DNA from: Verrucomicrobiota bacterium
Lineage (GTDB): Bacteria; Verrucomicrobiota; Lentisphaeria; Lentisphaerales; Lentisphaeraceae
Length of the DNA stretch: 12,382 nt
Assembly (NCBI GenBank): GCA_039798785.1
Contig: JBDKFG010000100.1
Span: 1 to 12,382 of the forward strand
Reading direction: 5' to 3'
A program made the translations under genes and the position numbers. The notes beneath the pieces were generated by a model. That model was not told where the DNA came from. It saw nothing but the letters and a program-made list of their open reading frames with translations, and made no database searches. Below, one piece after another: positions 1 to 7,942 of this stretch (position 1 is the stretch's first letter; every line of letters begins with the position of its first letter).

Positions 1-64
1 AGGGCTGACTCCTCAAGTGGCGTGTTTGTCTTTGCTTACAAACAACTTGCCATGAGTCAGCCCT
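1..64. repeat. Imperfect inverted repeat / foldback, possibly truncated by the window edge
   Basis: AGGGCTGACTC (1-11) is the exact reverse complement of GAGTCAGCCCT (54-64). Inner stems CAAGT 14-18/ACTTG 45-49 and TGTTTGT 23-29/ACAAACA 38-44, with an 8-nt loop. Confidence 0.8.
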
Positions 65-114
65 TCTTCATCCGGATTCGGCTTCGGAATCCAGGTTCAA
101 CCCCAGGACCGGGA

Positions 115-471
115 ATGAACTCATTCAATCAGCTTCTTGATCAATCCATTTCAGAGTCGCACATACTGGCGACTGTCAAAGCCTTTTTGGTGTCCTGCCA
201 GTGGCAGATTGAAGTGAACGAAAAACTGATCTCCATTCCGGAAAACTGTGAGATCAAGGTCTTGACTCGAGCCTACATTTCGGCGGGCGAAGGGGTTTTT
301 CTAGGGGACCATTTCGAATCCGTAGTGATCTTGGGCTCCCCGCCGGATCAGCCAGCTTCTGCTGAATTGGGCTATCTCAGACTCTACTTCAACTTGCAGG
401 GCCAGTTTGTTTCAGAAGACCGCTGGCAGCAAGGCGAGTCCTCTATGAGATTGGGCATTCAAACTCGTTAA
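115..471 (+). CDS. Hypothetical protein (~118 aa; frame open from 22)
   Basis: Open frame 22..471 in a lower-GC segment with globular composition. ATG at 115 preferred because upstream starts fall inside the hairpins at 1-92. No family recognised. Confidence 0.55.
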   Translation: MNSFNQLLDQSISESHILATVKAFLVSCQWQIEVNEKLISIPENCEIKVLTRAYISAGEGVFLGDHFESVVILGSPPDQPASAELGYLRLYFNLQGQFVSEDRWQQGESSMRLGIQTR

Positions 472-497
472 ACCGCGACCCAAAGCATGGAGCTTCC

Positions 498-998
498 ATG
501 ACCAATCATTTCCGAGCTTACATCCTCTTGATCGGCATTGCCATCCTCTCCTCTTGTCAATCCAGCTTTAGATTGGATCAATCTCAATGGAGCCCCTGCA
601 AAATCCTGATTGAAAAAGAAACTCAGGAATCCCTGACTCTGGATGGCGTTCACCTCTCTTCGGATGAATCCAAAATCAGCTTTCTCGACAGCTCTGGGAG
701 AAGTTGTTTTGCCTCTATCCATTCAGACGGTCGCATTCTTCTTTGTTGGGGTTACTGCGGGAAGGAAGGCCTGGAGATCAATCGAGAGGGCCATGTCTTG
801 CGGCGTTGGCGGGATTGGGATCTGAACAGCCCCTCACCTCCCCACTCAAATAATCAACGAGATCCCTCATGCGGAAAACCGCACGTACGGTGGTGTGGGA
901 GGGTTGTCGGGCGCAATCCCGGCAGCTCGACCCAATCAAACTTGAGATCAACACGACGAACTCGTGACTCTCGAGATTCAGTGAGGTTTAGAAATTGA
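498..998 (+). CDS. Putative lipoprotein; the last ~45 codons read through a group II intron remnant (possibly a truncated gene or pseudogene)
   Basis: MTNHFRAYILLIGIAILSS-C gives a hydrophobic stretch plus lipobox. GGAG lies just upstream. The tail CGKPHVRWCGRVVGRNPGSSTQS is the translation of the intron DV/DVI sequence. Confidence 0.55.
   Translation: MTNHFRAYILLIGIAILSSCQSSFRLDQSQWSPCKILIEKETQESLTLDGVHLSSDESKISFLDSSGRSCFASIHSDGRILLCWGYCGKEGLEINREGHVLRRWRDWDLNSPSPPHSNNQRDPSCGKPHVRWCGRVVGRNPGSSTQSNLRSTRRTRDSRDSVRFRN
856..936 (+). mobile_element. Group II intron 3' remnant (domains V and VI), class IIC-like, degenerate, no RT ORF
   Basis: ATGCGGAAAACCGCACGTACGGTGGTGTGGGAGG matches the short IIC DV (TGCGG-AAAA-CCGCA stem, CG bulge, TACGGTGGT). 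DVI stem GGGTTGTCGGG/CCCGGCAGCTC, bulged A, ending CCCAAT at 936 (AY terminus). The 5' arm of DV reads GATCCCTCA instead of ACCGCCGTA. Confidence 0.85.
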
Positions 999-1045
999 TG
1001 CGAGCGAAGAAAAAAATAAAACCGAGGTGGGGCTAGCGCGGGAGC

Positions 1046-2476
1046 TCACTGCAGGGGCGAGAGGAGGCGCGACAGGCGGACGGCGAGGCGGGCGAGCCAG
1101 GTGCTCATCAGGCGGGAGGGGGAGCCGACGGCCTGGGAGCGGTTGAAGTCCTGGCGGAGCATCTTGTCGACTGCGGCGGCGGCCTCGCGGTCGTGCAGGA
1201 CGGCGGTGATTTCGAAGTTGATCCGGAAGGAGCGGTTGTCCATGTTGGCGGTGCCGATGAAGGCGAGGTCGTCGTCGACAAGTACCACCTTTTGGTGCAT
1301 GAAGCCATCCTTCCAGCGCCAGAAGCGGACGCCGGCGCGGCCCGCCTCTTCGAAATAGGAGTAGGCGCTGAGGCGGACGAGGGGGTTGTCGGAGCGGCTG
1401 GGGATGAGGACGCGGACTTCGACGCCTCGGAGGGCGGCGAGCTGGAGGGCGTGGAGGATGTCGTTTTCCGGGACGAAGTAGGGGCAGGCGATCCACAGGC
1501 GTTTGCGAGCTCTGGCGATGGCCTGACCGAAGAGGAGCGAGCAGCTTTCGAGTTCGTCGGCGGGGCCGGTGGCGATGATCAGCGCTTCGCCGCCCGAACC
1601 TGCGGACGGGGGCGGGCAGGTCCAGTCGCGCTGCGGCAGGCGGCCGGTGATCCAATGCCAGTCTTCGGCGAAGGCGAGTTGGAGGGCCTTGACTGCGGGG
1701 CCTTCGATTTCGAGATGGGTGTCGCGCCAGGGCGACAGGGCGGGGACGAGGCCGAGGTATTCATCGCCGACGTTAAGACCGCCGACGAAGCCGATGCGGC
1801 CGTCGACGACGACGATTTTGCGATGGTTGCGGAAGTTGATCTGGTAGCGGATGGTGCCGAACTTCTTGGTCCGGAAGAATTCCGCTTCGGCGCCGGCGAG
1901 GCGGAGGGATTTCAGATAGGATTCAGGCAGGCCGGCGGAGCCGATGCGGTCGGCGATGAAGAGCACTTCGACACCTTGTTTCGCCTTGCGTTCGAGGAGT
2001 TCGCGGAGGCGGTTTCCCAGGCCGTCGTTCTGGACGGTGTAATACTGGACCAGGACGCTGGTCTGGGCGGCTTCGATGGCGGCGAAGATGGCGGCGAAGG
2101 TGGCCTCGCCGTCGATCAGCAGTTTTGTTCGGTTGCCATGGGTGAAGGGGAGTCGAGCGAGCCGTTCGAAGGCGGTGAGTTCTGGAGCGCGGGATTCGAT
2201 CCGCCAGTCGCCGAGGTCTTCGCGGAGCTGCCGGGCGCGGTCGTGTATGCGCTCCTTGCCTTTGCGGAGGGCGCGGACATAGCCGATGAAGCGGCGGCTG
2301 CCGAAAATCAAGTAGCAAGGGATGCTGAGCATCGGCATCATCACCAGAGCGACGGCCCAGGCGACGGTGCCTTGCGGCGTCCTGCCGCGCATGATCACGT
2401 CAATCGCCAAGGTGATGCCGACCAATTCCAGCAAGAGATAGAAAAGGCCGATGGGTTTGTCGAGCTCGAGAATCAT
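1046..2476 (-). CDS. cls: Cardiolipin synthase (ClsA type, phospholipase D superfamily)
   Basis: Two HKD motifs (NHRKIVVVDG, MHQKVVLVDD), two N-terminal TM helices, GGLNVGDEY, WRDTH, PYFVP, GTANMDNRSFRINFE; 476 aa. Confidence 0.95.
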   Translation of the reverse strand: MILELDKPIGLFYLLLELVGITLAIDVIMRGRTPQGTVAWAVALVMMPMLSIPCYLIFGSRRFIGYVRALRKGKERIHDRARQLREDLGDWRIESRAPELTAFERLARLPFTHGNRTKLLIDGEATFAAIFAAIEAAQTSVLVQYYTVQNDGLGNRLRELLERKAKQGVEVLFIADRIGSAGLPESYLKSLRLAGAEAEFFRTKKFGTIRYQINFRNHRKIVVVDGRIGFVGGLNVGDEYLGLVPALSPWRDTHLEIEGPAVKALQLAFAEDWHWITGRLPQRDWTCPPPSAGSGGEALIIATGPADELESCSLLFGQAIARARKRLWIACPYFVPENDILHALQLAALRGVEVRVLIPSRSDNPLVRLSAYSYFEEAGRAGVRFWRWKDGFMHQKVVLVDDDLAFIGTANMDNRSFRINFEITAVLHDREAAAAVDKMLRQDFNRSQAVGSPSRLMSTWLARLAVRLSRLLSPLQ

Positions 2477-2654
2477 GGTGCGGTGTCAGTGGGCCTTGGA
2501 GTGAAGAAAGGGAGTTGTTCGGCTTACCTTACTCCCTCGCGCCCCGAGTCCCCTCTGTCGCCGAGAAGAAATTCGTCGTCCGCACAGGAACCGGCAGCGA
2601 CAAGCCGCCATCCAAGAGCATCTTCGCGAGACGAAAATCCCAGGCAAGCCAACC

Positions 2655-4049
2655 ATGATCAGCACATTCCTCAGTCTCACCCTCGCCTTCGCCGGCGAAG
2701 CGGAGTCCACTATCTCCGCCGAGCCCGCGATTCTGGTCGCGGAAGGCGAAGCTCCGCTGAATCTTTCGCAGCTTGAGGATCGCGCCATCCAAGGCAACCA
2801 GGATCTGCGCAAGCGCTTGCTCGCCTGGGAGCGTTCGAAGGAGAGGATCAACATCGAAAGGGCCTTCTTCGATCTTCGCCTCAGCCTGGTCTCGGAGCGG
2901 GCCTTTGACGCCAACCAGGACAGTTTTCGCAGCGGCCTGGTGCAGCAGCTTCCCCTCGGCTTCAGTGTCGCCGCCAGCGGCAGCACTGCGCACGACAAGG
3001 GCGGCGGCGACGACACCAGCATGTCCCTCACCATCACCAAGCGGATTCTCGGCGGCGGCACCTGGGAGGACAGCCTGAAGGGTATTGACGATGCCGAGAT
3101 CGACGCTTTGGCCACTCTCAACGAACTGATCCGCGCCAAACGCCAGATCCGGCTTGAAGTCCGCCGCAGCTTCTACCAGCTGGTGCGCGCCAGCCAGGCT
3201 CTCGGCGTCCAGGAGACCCGACTCGCCGCGGCCCGCAAAAACCTCGAGGGCGCCCGGATCCGGGAAAACCCGGTCGACATCGCCACCGCCCAGCTCGAAG
3301 TGCCCGAGCGCGAACAGGCGGTGCTGGCCGCCAAACGCGCCATCCTCAAGGCCGAGGATAATCTCAAGCTCCTCATCGGCAAATCCCCCGGCGAAGCCTT
3401 GGCTTTCGACACTCGCTTCGAATTCCGTTTCGACACGGTGTCGCCTGCCCAGGATCTCCTCGTCGCTCAGGGACGCGATGAACTCTTCCTCAACAATGGT
3501 CTCAAGCAGAAGAAGCTCGAGCGCAGTAGCCGCGTCGCCGGCCGTGCCGTGCTCCCCAGTGTCGATCTCTATTACAGGCACACCTACGCCGACAACGGCA
3601 ACCACAGCGTCAATCTCGATGGCCAGGGTGATGACAGCGCCGGCGTCGCCCTCACCTGGGACATCGGCTCGCGCGCCAATCGGGCCCGCCTCGCCATCGC
3701 CGAGTCGGACCTCGAGGATGCCCGCACCGACGAGCGCGTCCTCGTCCTCGAGAAAGGCGCCGAGCTGCGCGAGCTGGCCCGGCGACTCGAAGACGCCCGC
3801 GACGGCATCCGCCTCCAGGAAGAGCGGATCAAGCTGGCGCAGTTCCAGGTCGACCTCTATCGTCAGAGATGGGAGGACGGCAAGGCCGACATCCTCGAAT
3901 ACATCCGCGCCCAGAACAATCTCGAGCAGGCCAAGGTCGATCTCATTTCCTTGCGCACCAGCTACATGGAGAACCTGGAGCAGTACAATTTCGCCTCGGC
4001 GCGCGACCAGGTTGCAGCGCCTGTCCCTGCCCCGGTGGCGACTCCATGA
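2655..4049 (+). CDS. TolC-family outer membrane efflux protein
   Basis: Signal peptide, 464 aa, two-repeat architecture of beta strands (LPSVDLYYRH, AGVALTWDIG) plus long coiled coils; VRRSFYQL and EDGKADILEYIRAQNNL resemble OEP motifs. Confidence 0.85.
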   Translation: MISTFLSLTLAFAGEAESTISAEPAILVAEGEAPLNLSQLEDRAIQGNQDLRKRLLAWERSKERINIERAFFDLRLSLVSERAFDANQDSFRSGLVQQLPLGFSVAASGSTAHDKGGGDDTSMSLTITKRILGGGTWEDSLKGIDDAEIDALATLNELIRAKRQIRLEVRRSFYQLVRASQALGVQETRLAAARKNLEGARIRENPVDIATAQLEVPEREQAVLAAKRAILKAEDNLKLLIGKSPGEALAFDTRFEFRFDTVSPAQDLLVAQGRDELFLNNGLKQKKLERSSRVAGRAVLPSVDLYYRHTYADNGNHSVNLDGQGDDSAGVALTWDIGSRANRARLAIAESDLEDARTDERVLVLEKGAELRELARRLEDARDGIRLQEERIKLAQFQVDLYRQRWEDGKADILEYIRAQNNLEQAKVDLISLRTSYMENLEQYNFASARDQVAAPVPAPVATP

Positions 4050-4573
4050 AGCTCCTGGCCTTCGGCTTCGGCTCCTTCCCGGGAGTCGCCGACAACCCCT
4101 CGCGCTATGCCGCCTTTGCCGCCTCGAGCGAGGCTGAGATCCTGTCTGTCTCCTACGCGGAGGTGGATCGGCGGGTGGAGCAACTCGGCGACGCGCCGCT
4201 GGCGGTGATCGCTTTCGGCATCGCCGCTAAAAGCAGCCGGCCCCGGATCGAAGGCGTCGCCCGCAACCGCGACGCCTCCAGCGTTCCCGATGTCGACGGC
4301 GTCGTCCGCCAGGGCCCGATCGAGTTCGGAGCTCCGGAGTCGCTGCCTGGAGATGGGATCGAGGGGCTGCTGGCGGCACTGGAACCTTTTGACGTCGAGC
4401 TCTCGGACGACGCCGGCGGCTATCTCTGCAACCATCTCTACTGGCGCCTGCTGCGGCGTCCGCAAAGTGCTGCGGTCTTCATCCACCTGCCGCCGGATCG
4501 CGAGCCGCAGTGGTACGCCGCGCTGGGCGCGGCCTGCGCCGGGGTGATCAGCAGGGATCGATCTCAGGCCTGA
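4046..4573 (+). CDS. pcp: Pyroglutamyl-peptidase I (peptidase C15)
   Basis: GFGSFPGVADNPS; catalytic Glu (RIEGVARN), Cys (SDDAGGYLCN), His (FIHLP). ATG 4046 overlaps the TolC TGA (ATGA); the track start at 3869 is too far upstream. Confidence 0.9.
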   Translation: MKLLAFGFGSFPGVADNPSRYAAFAASSEAEILSVSYAEVDRRVEQLGDAPLAVIAFGIAAKSSRPRIEGVARNRDASSVPDVDGVVRQGPIEFGAPESLPGDGIEGLLAALEPFDVELSDDAGGYLCNHLYWRLLRRPQSAAVFIHLPPDREPQWYAALGAACAGVISRDRSQA

Positions 4574-6002
4574 CCCGGCGGGAGAGGGTCGCGACGCAGC
4601 CGCCTCCTTCCCTCGGTCTAAGGCTGGCTTCGGCGTGATGGAGGCGGGCGATTTCCCGGACGATGGCGAGGCCGAGGCCGGAGCTGCGGCGTCCGGTGCC
4701 GGGGCGAGGGGTGGAGAAGAAGCGTGAAAAGACCTGGTCGCGAGCGAATTCCGGCAGGCCGCAGCCCTGGTCTTCTAGGGCGAGCGACCAATGGGTTTCG
4801 TCACCGGTGAGGACGAGACGGATCGGGCTGTCGCTCGGGCTGAAGTCGACGGCGTTGCTGATCAGGTTATCGAGGGCGATGCGGAAGAGGAAGGGCAGGC
4901 CGCGGAGCTCGAGGGAAGGCGGGGCCTCGAGCAAGAAGCGTCGTTCGGGCAGGCGTTGCCGCCATTGACCGAGGCTTTCCTGGCAGAGGGCGCTCAGGTC
5001 GAAGGAGCTTTCTTCGCCGGCCCAGCTACGGTTTTCGAGGCGGGCGAGGAGGAGGAGGCTTTCGACGCACTCGGCGAGGCGGCTCGATTCGCGGCGGATA
5101 TTGTCGAGCAGCTTGGCCGAATCGGGATCGGAGGGATCGGGGCTGGCCAGTTCGGCGGCGCCTTGGATCGCGGCGATCGGGCTTTTCAGTTCGTGGGTGA
5201 GGGTGAGGACGTAGGACTCGACGTATTCCTTGCCGTCGAGGCTGCGGCGGAGTTCATCGAGGGTGTCGCCGAGGCGGGCGATCTCGCCGCGGCCGAGCTC
5301 GGGGAGGGGAGGTCGCTGGCCGTCGCGCAAGGCGGCGGCGTGGCGGGTGAGGCGCTCGACCGGGCGGGCGATCAGGCGGGCGGTGAGGAAGGCGGAGAGG
5401 AGGACCAGGCCGAGCGAGAGCAGGGCGAGCTGGAGGATGCGGCCGCGGGCTTCGTCGAGGAAGGCTTGCAGGCTGCGCACCGGCTTGATCAAGGTGACGG
5501 TGCCGACGATTTTCCCCTCGGCCCGGATCGGCAGGCTGACGTGCATGACCGAAGTGATCGGCTCCTCCGGATCGCTGCGGGTGGAGCGGGCGCCGTATTC
5601 CCCCTTCAAAGCCAGGGCGATGTTGCGCCACGGCGAGGCGTCGGCCCCGGGCTTCAAAGTGCCGCTGGAATCGAGGAGGACGCGGCCCTGGCCGTCGGTG
5701 AGCATCAGGCCGGCCTCGCCGCGGCTTTTCAGGACTTCGTAGATCTGGGCCTTGGGATTTTCCGGGGAACGCAGCGCCACGGCCCATTTCTCCGCCGGAA
5801 TTCGCCCGCTTTGCTCCGCTTCGTGGCCGAGCAGGGCGGCGAAAAGGACGAGGTTGTCGACGAGGGCATCCTCCCCGGCTTCGAGATAGTGGCGGCGGGC
5901 GGCATCGGCGATGGCGTTGGTGAAAAGCGCCAGGCCGAGGCAGTAGAGCAAGGCGTGCGACAGGAAGACTCGTCCGCGCAGACCGAGAGGAAGGGAAGGC
6001 AT
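4548..6002 (-). CDS. creC: Two-component sensor histidine kinase, CreC-like
   Basis: Two TM helices, periplasmic LKGEYGARSTR, HAMP, GKEYVESYVLTLTHELKSPIAAI H-box, NLISNAVDFSP, DQGCG, RFFSTPRP, SSGLGL. Confidence 0.9.
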   Translation of the reverse strand: MPSLPLGLRGRVFLSHALLYCLGLALFTNAIADAARRHYLEAGEDALVDNLVLFAALLGHEAEQSGRIPAEKWAVALRSPENPKAQIYEVLKSRGEAGLMLTDGQGRVLLDSSGTLKPGADASPWRNIALALKGEYGARSTRSDPEEPITSVMHVSLPIRAEGKIVGTVTLIKPVRSLQAFLDEARGRILQLALLSLGLVLLSAFLTARLIARPVERLTRHAAALRDGQRPPLPELGRGEIARLGDTLDELRRSLDGKEYVESYVLTLTHELKSPIAAIQGAAELASPDPSDPDSAKLLDNIRRESSRLAECVESLLLLARLENRSWAGEESSFDLSALCQESLGQWRQRLPERRFLLEAPPSLELRGLPFLFRIALDNLISNAVDFSPSDSPIRLVLTGDETHWSLALEDQGCGLPEFARDQVFSRFFSTPRPGTGRRSSGLGLAIVREIARLHHAEASLRPREGGGCVATLSRRVRPEIDPC

Positions 6003-6015
6003 GGGAGGGGCCTCG

Positions 6016-6057
6016 GAATTAAGAATTAAGAATTAAGAATTACGAATTACGAATTTC
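6016..6057. repeat. Heptamer tandem repeat, 6 copies
   Basis: GAATTAA x3, GAATTAC x2, GAATTTC. Confidence 0.95.
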
Positions 6058-6077
6058 TGAAACCAGTAAGTCGCGAA

Positions 6078-6112
6078 TCACTGGTCACTAACCACTAGCC
6101 ACTAGTCACTGA
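6078..6112. repeat. Heptamer tandem repeat YCACTRR, 5 copies, overlapping the creB stop
   Basis: TCACTGG TCACTAA CCACTAG CCACTAG TCACTGA. Confidence 0.9.
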
Positions 6113-6776
6113 TCCAGCAGTAGCCGAAGCCGCGGCGGGTGGCGAGGCATTCCTTCGGGCTGAGCTCGCGGAGCTTGGCGCGGAGGCTTTTGACATGGGC
6201 GTCGACGGTGCGTTCTTCGGCGGCGGCGGCATCGCCCCAGGCCTTGAGGAGGAGCTGGCTGCGGCTGAAGACGCGTCCGGGGTCCTTGGCGAGGCAGGCG
6301 AGGAGGCGGAATTCCGCCGCGGTGAGGGCGAGGGGCTTGCCGGCGAACTCGGCTTCGTGGCGCTCCTCATCGATGCGCAGAAGCGGCTTTGCGGCGACCG
6401 CAATCGGGGCGGAGGGACAGCGGCGGAGGACCGCTTTCACCCGGGCGACCAGCTCCCGCGGCGAGAAGGGTTTGCTGACGTAGTCGTCGGCGCCGAGTTC
6501 GAGCCCGAGGATGCGGTCGAGCTCGTCGCTGCGGGCGGTGAGGATGATCACCGGGATGGCCGAGGAGCGGCGCATTTGCCGGAGGAAATCGAGGCCGGAG
6601 CCGTCGGGCAGGCCGAGGTCGAGGAGGATGAGGGCGAATTGTTCTTCGGCGAGCAGTCTCGTCGCCGCGGCTAAGGAGGGCGCGTGCCGGCTGCTCAGGC
6701 CGTCGCGCCGGAGGGCGATGGCGGCGTTGTCGGCGAGGGAGGATTCGTCTTCGATGATGAGGATCTGCGACGTCAT
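6102..6776 (-). CDS. creB: OmpR/PhoB-family response regulator, CreB-like
   Basis: ILIIEDE, LILLDLGLPD, LTAR, GADDYVSKPFSPRELVARVKA, wHTH RTVDAHVKSLRAKL...RGFGY; directly upstream of the creC-like kinase. Confidence 0.88.
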   Translation of the reverse strand: MTSQILIIEDESSLADNAAIALRRDGLSSRHAPSLAAATRLLAEEQFALILLDLGLPDGSGLDFLRQMRRSSAIPVIILTARSDELDRILGLELGADDYVSKPFSPRELVARVKAVLRRCPSAPIAVAAKPLLRIDEERHEAEFAGKPLALTAAEFRLLACLAKDPGRVFSRSQLLLKAWGDAAAAEERTVDAHVKSLRAKLRELSPKECLATRRGFGYCWISD

Positions 6777-6834
6777 GAGTCTTCATCCGGCCTAGGGTTC
6801 AAGCAAAGAATCCTGTTCAGACTGATCGTTTTCT

Positions 6835-7029
6835 CTAGCAATTTATGCCCTCGCCAACAAGACCAAAAAACATCCAAGACAAAGCAATGAGTGGAATGAG
6901 ATAGATGCGCCGAAACTTAAGGATAGCCAGCAATCCAATCAAGTGCAAAAAAACCAGAATCAAGCCGAAGGGGAAGTTTGCCGAGTCATTTAAAATTGTT
7001 AATGGTCCAAGTAGATACATCATACTCAT
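6835..7029 (-). CDS. Small hypothetical membrane protein (~64 aa, about 2 TM), AT-rich
   Basis: Open frame 6835..7053 with ATGs at 7029/7023/7020. Two hydrophobic segments separated by KFRR. Fills the gap co-directionally with its neighbours. Confidence 0.5.
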   Translation of the reverse strand: MSMMYLLGPLTILNDSANFPFGLILVFLHLIGLLAILKFRRIYLIPLIALSWMFFGLVGEGINC

Positions 7030-7068
7030 TTTCCGTAGATTGGCGCTTGGCAAGCCGACTTCCGGGCC

Positions 7069-7806
7069 TTAGCGCGCCCAGGTTTCGAGCAGGGCTTCGA
7101 GCTCGGTGATGCGGCGGAGGACGGCGTCGGGTCCGGCGGGGTGCTGGCCGGCGTGGTGGTCGGGGCAGATCCAGACCGAGCGGATGCCGGAGGCGCGGGC
7201 GCCGGCGATGTCGGCGCTGAGGCTGTCGCCGACGTGGACGGCGTCGCTGGCGCTGACTTGCAGGTGTTCGAGGGCGCCGGCGAAGATCGAGGGGTGGGGT
7301 TTTTCGTGGGGGAAGTCGCCGCCGATGAGAATGGTGTCGACATGGCGGCTCATGTGGACTCGTTCGAGCTTGGGTTGTTGCGAGTAGCGCGGGCCGTTGG
7401 TGATGACGGCGAGGCGGAAGCGGTGGCGAAGGCGTTTGAGCATTTCGACGGTGCCAGGGAAGAAGTCGTAGGCGGCGAGGCGCGACTCTTCGAAAGTGAG
7501 GCGGAGGCGATCGGCGGTGGCGGCATCGGGCTCGGCGGCGCCGCAGAGAGGGGCGAGGGCGCGCAGGCAGCAGTTGCGATATTCCTTCTCTTCCTTGAGG
7601 GCGTCGAGATGGCGCAAGTCTTCGGGCAGGATGCGATAGATCGCCTCAAGATAGAGCTCGGCGTAACGCGGGGCGTCGAGGGCGGGGCCGAGGAGGCTTG
7701 GGGCGAACTTGGTGAAATGGGTCTTGGCGACGGCGTTGGCGCTGCGGGTGTCGCAAAGCGTGTCGTCCATGTCGAGCAGGACGGCGCGGAGGGGAGGGTG
7801 GGTCAT
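7069..7806 (-). CDS. HAD-superfamily hydrolase, subfamily IA (YjjG/YigB/NANP-like)
   Basis: Motif I LLDMDDTL, II ITNG, III KPHP, IV VGDSLSADIAGA. Confidence 0.92.
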   Translation of the reverse strand: MTHPPLRAVLLDMDDTLCDTRSANAVAKTHFTKFAPSLLGPALDAPRYAELYLEAIYRILPEDLRHLDALKEEKEYRNCCLRALAPLCGAAEPDAATADRLRLTFEESRLAAYDFFPGTVEMLKRLRHRFRLAVITNGPRYSQQPKLERVHMSRHVDTILIGGDFPHEKPHPSIFAGALEHLQVSASDAVHVGDSLSADIAGARASGIRSVWICPDHHAGQHPAGPDAVLRRITELEALLETWAR

Positions 7807-7900
7807 GGGTTTTGGGAGTTTTAGGGGTTGAAAGGGATTCAGGGGTTAAAGGGAAGGGGTTTTAAGGTTTCGGGCAAGGCCAAAACTCTTAAAACCCCTT
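7807..7900. repeat. Degenerate 9-mer array with an inverted copy forming a hairpin
   Basis: GGGTTTTGG GAGTTTTAG GGGTTGAAA GGGATTCAG GGGTTAAAG ... GGGTTTTAA. Perfect 13-bp IR AAGGGGTTTTAAG (7854-7866)/CTTAAAACCCCTT (7888-7900), extendable inward. Confidence 0.85.
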
Positions 7901-7908
7901 AGCTGTCA

Positions 7909-7936
7909 TCTTGAATTTTGAATCTTGAATCTTGAA
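7909..7936. repeat. Heptamer tandem repeat TYTTGAA, 4 copies
   Basis: TCTTGAA TTTTGAA TCTTGAA TCTTGAA, then a degenerate TCCAAA abutting the WD40 stop codon. Confidence 0.92.
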
Positions 7937-7942
7937 TCCAAA

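Noticed and set aside
420..473. GTTAAAC (467-473) as an attC R' site between the orphan ORFs
   Set aside because: No matching RYYYAAC with convincing L boxes and stem at a suitable distance.
941..1022. Hairpin at 941-975 and A-tract near 1010-1021 as the cls terminator
   Set aside because: On the minus strand the U-tract precedes the hairpin, and the stem is interrupted.
2509..2537. AGGGAGT/ACTCCCT inverted repeat in the cls-TolC divergent gap
   Set aside because: Only 7 bp with a 15-nt loop and no supporting evidence of function.
1193..2776. Long opposite-strand or alternate-frame ORFs (1193..2776, 2529..3605, 3154..4137, 4791..6029, 7925..9175, 10788..11885 and others)
   Set aside because: They overlap genes with clear family motifs, have no motifs of their own, and are the expected shadow frames of GC-rich DNA.
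6016..6112. CRISPR array
   Set aside because: Contiguous 7-mers, no spacers, no cas genes.
6774..6802. Collinear blocks CATGAGT / CTTCATCCGG / GGTTCAA shared with 51-100
   Set aside because: Blocks are only 7-11 nt with different spacing; matches of this length are expected by chance in 12 kb.
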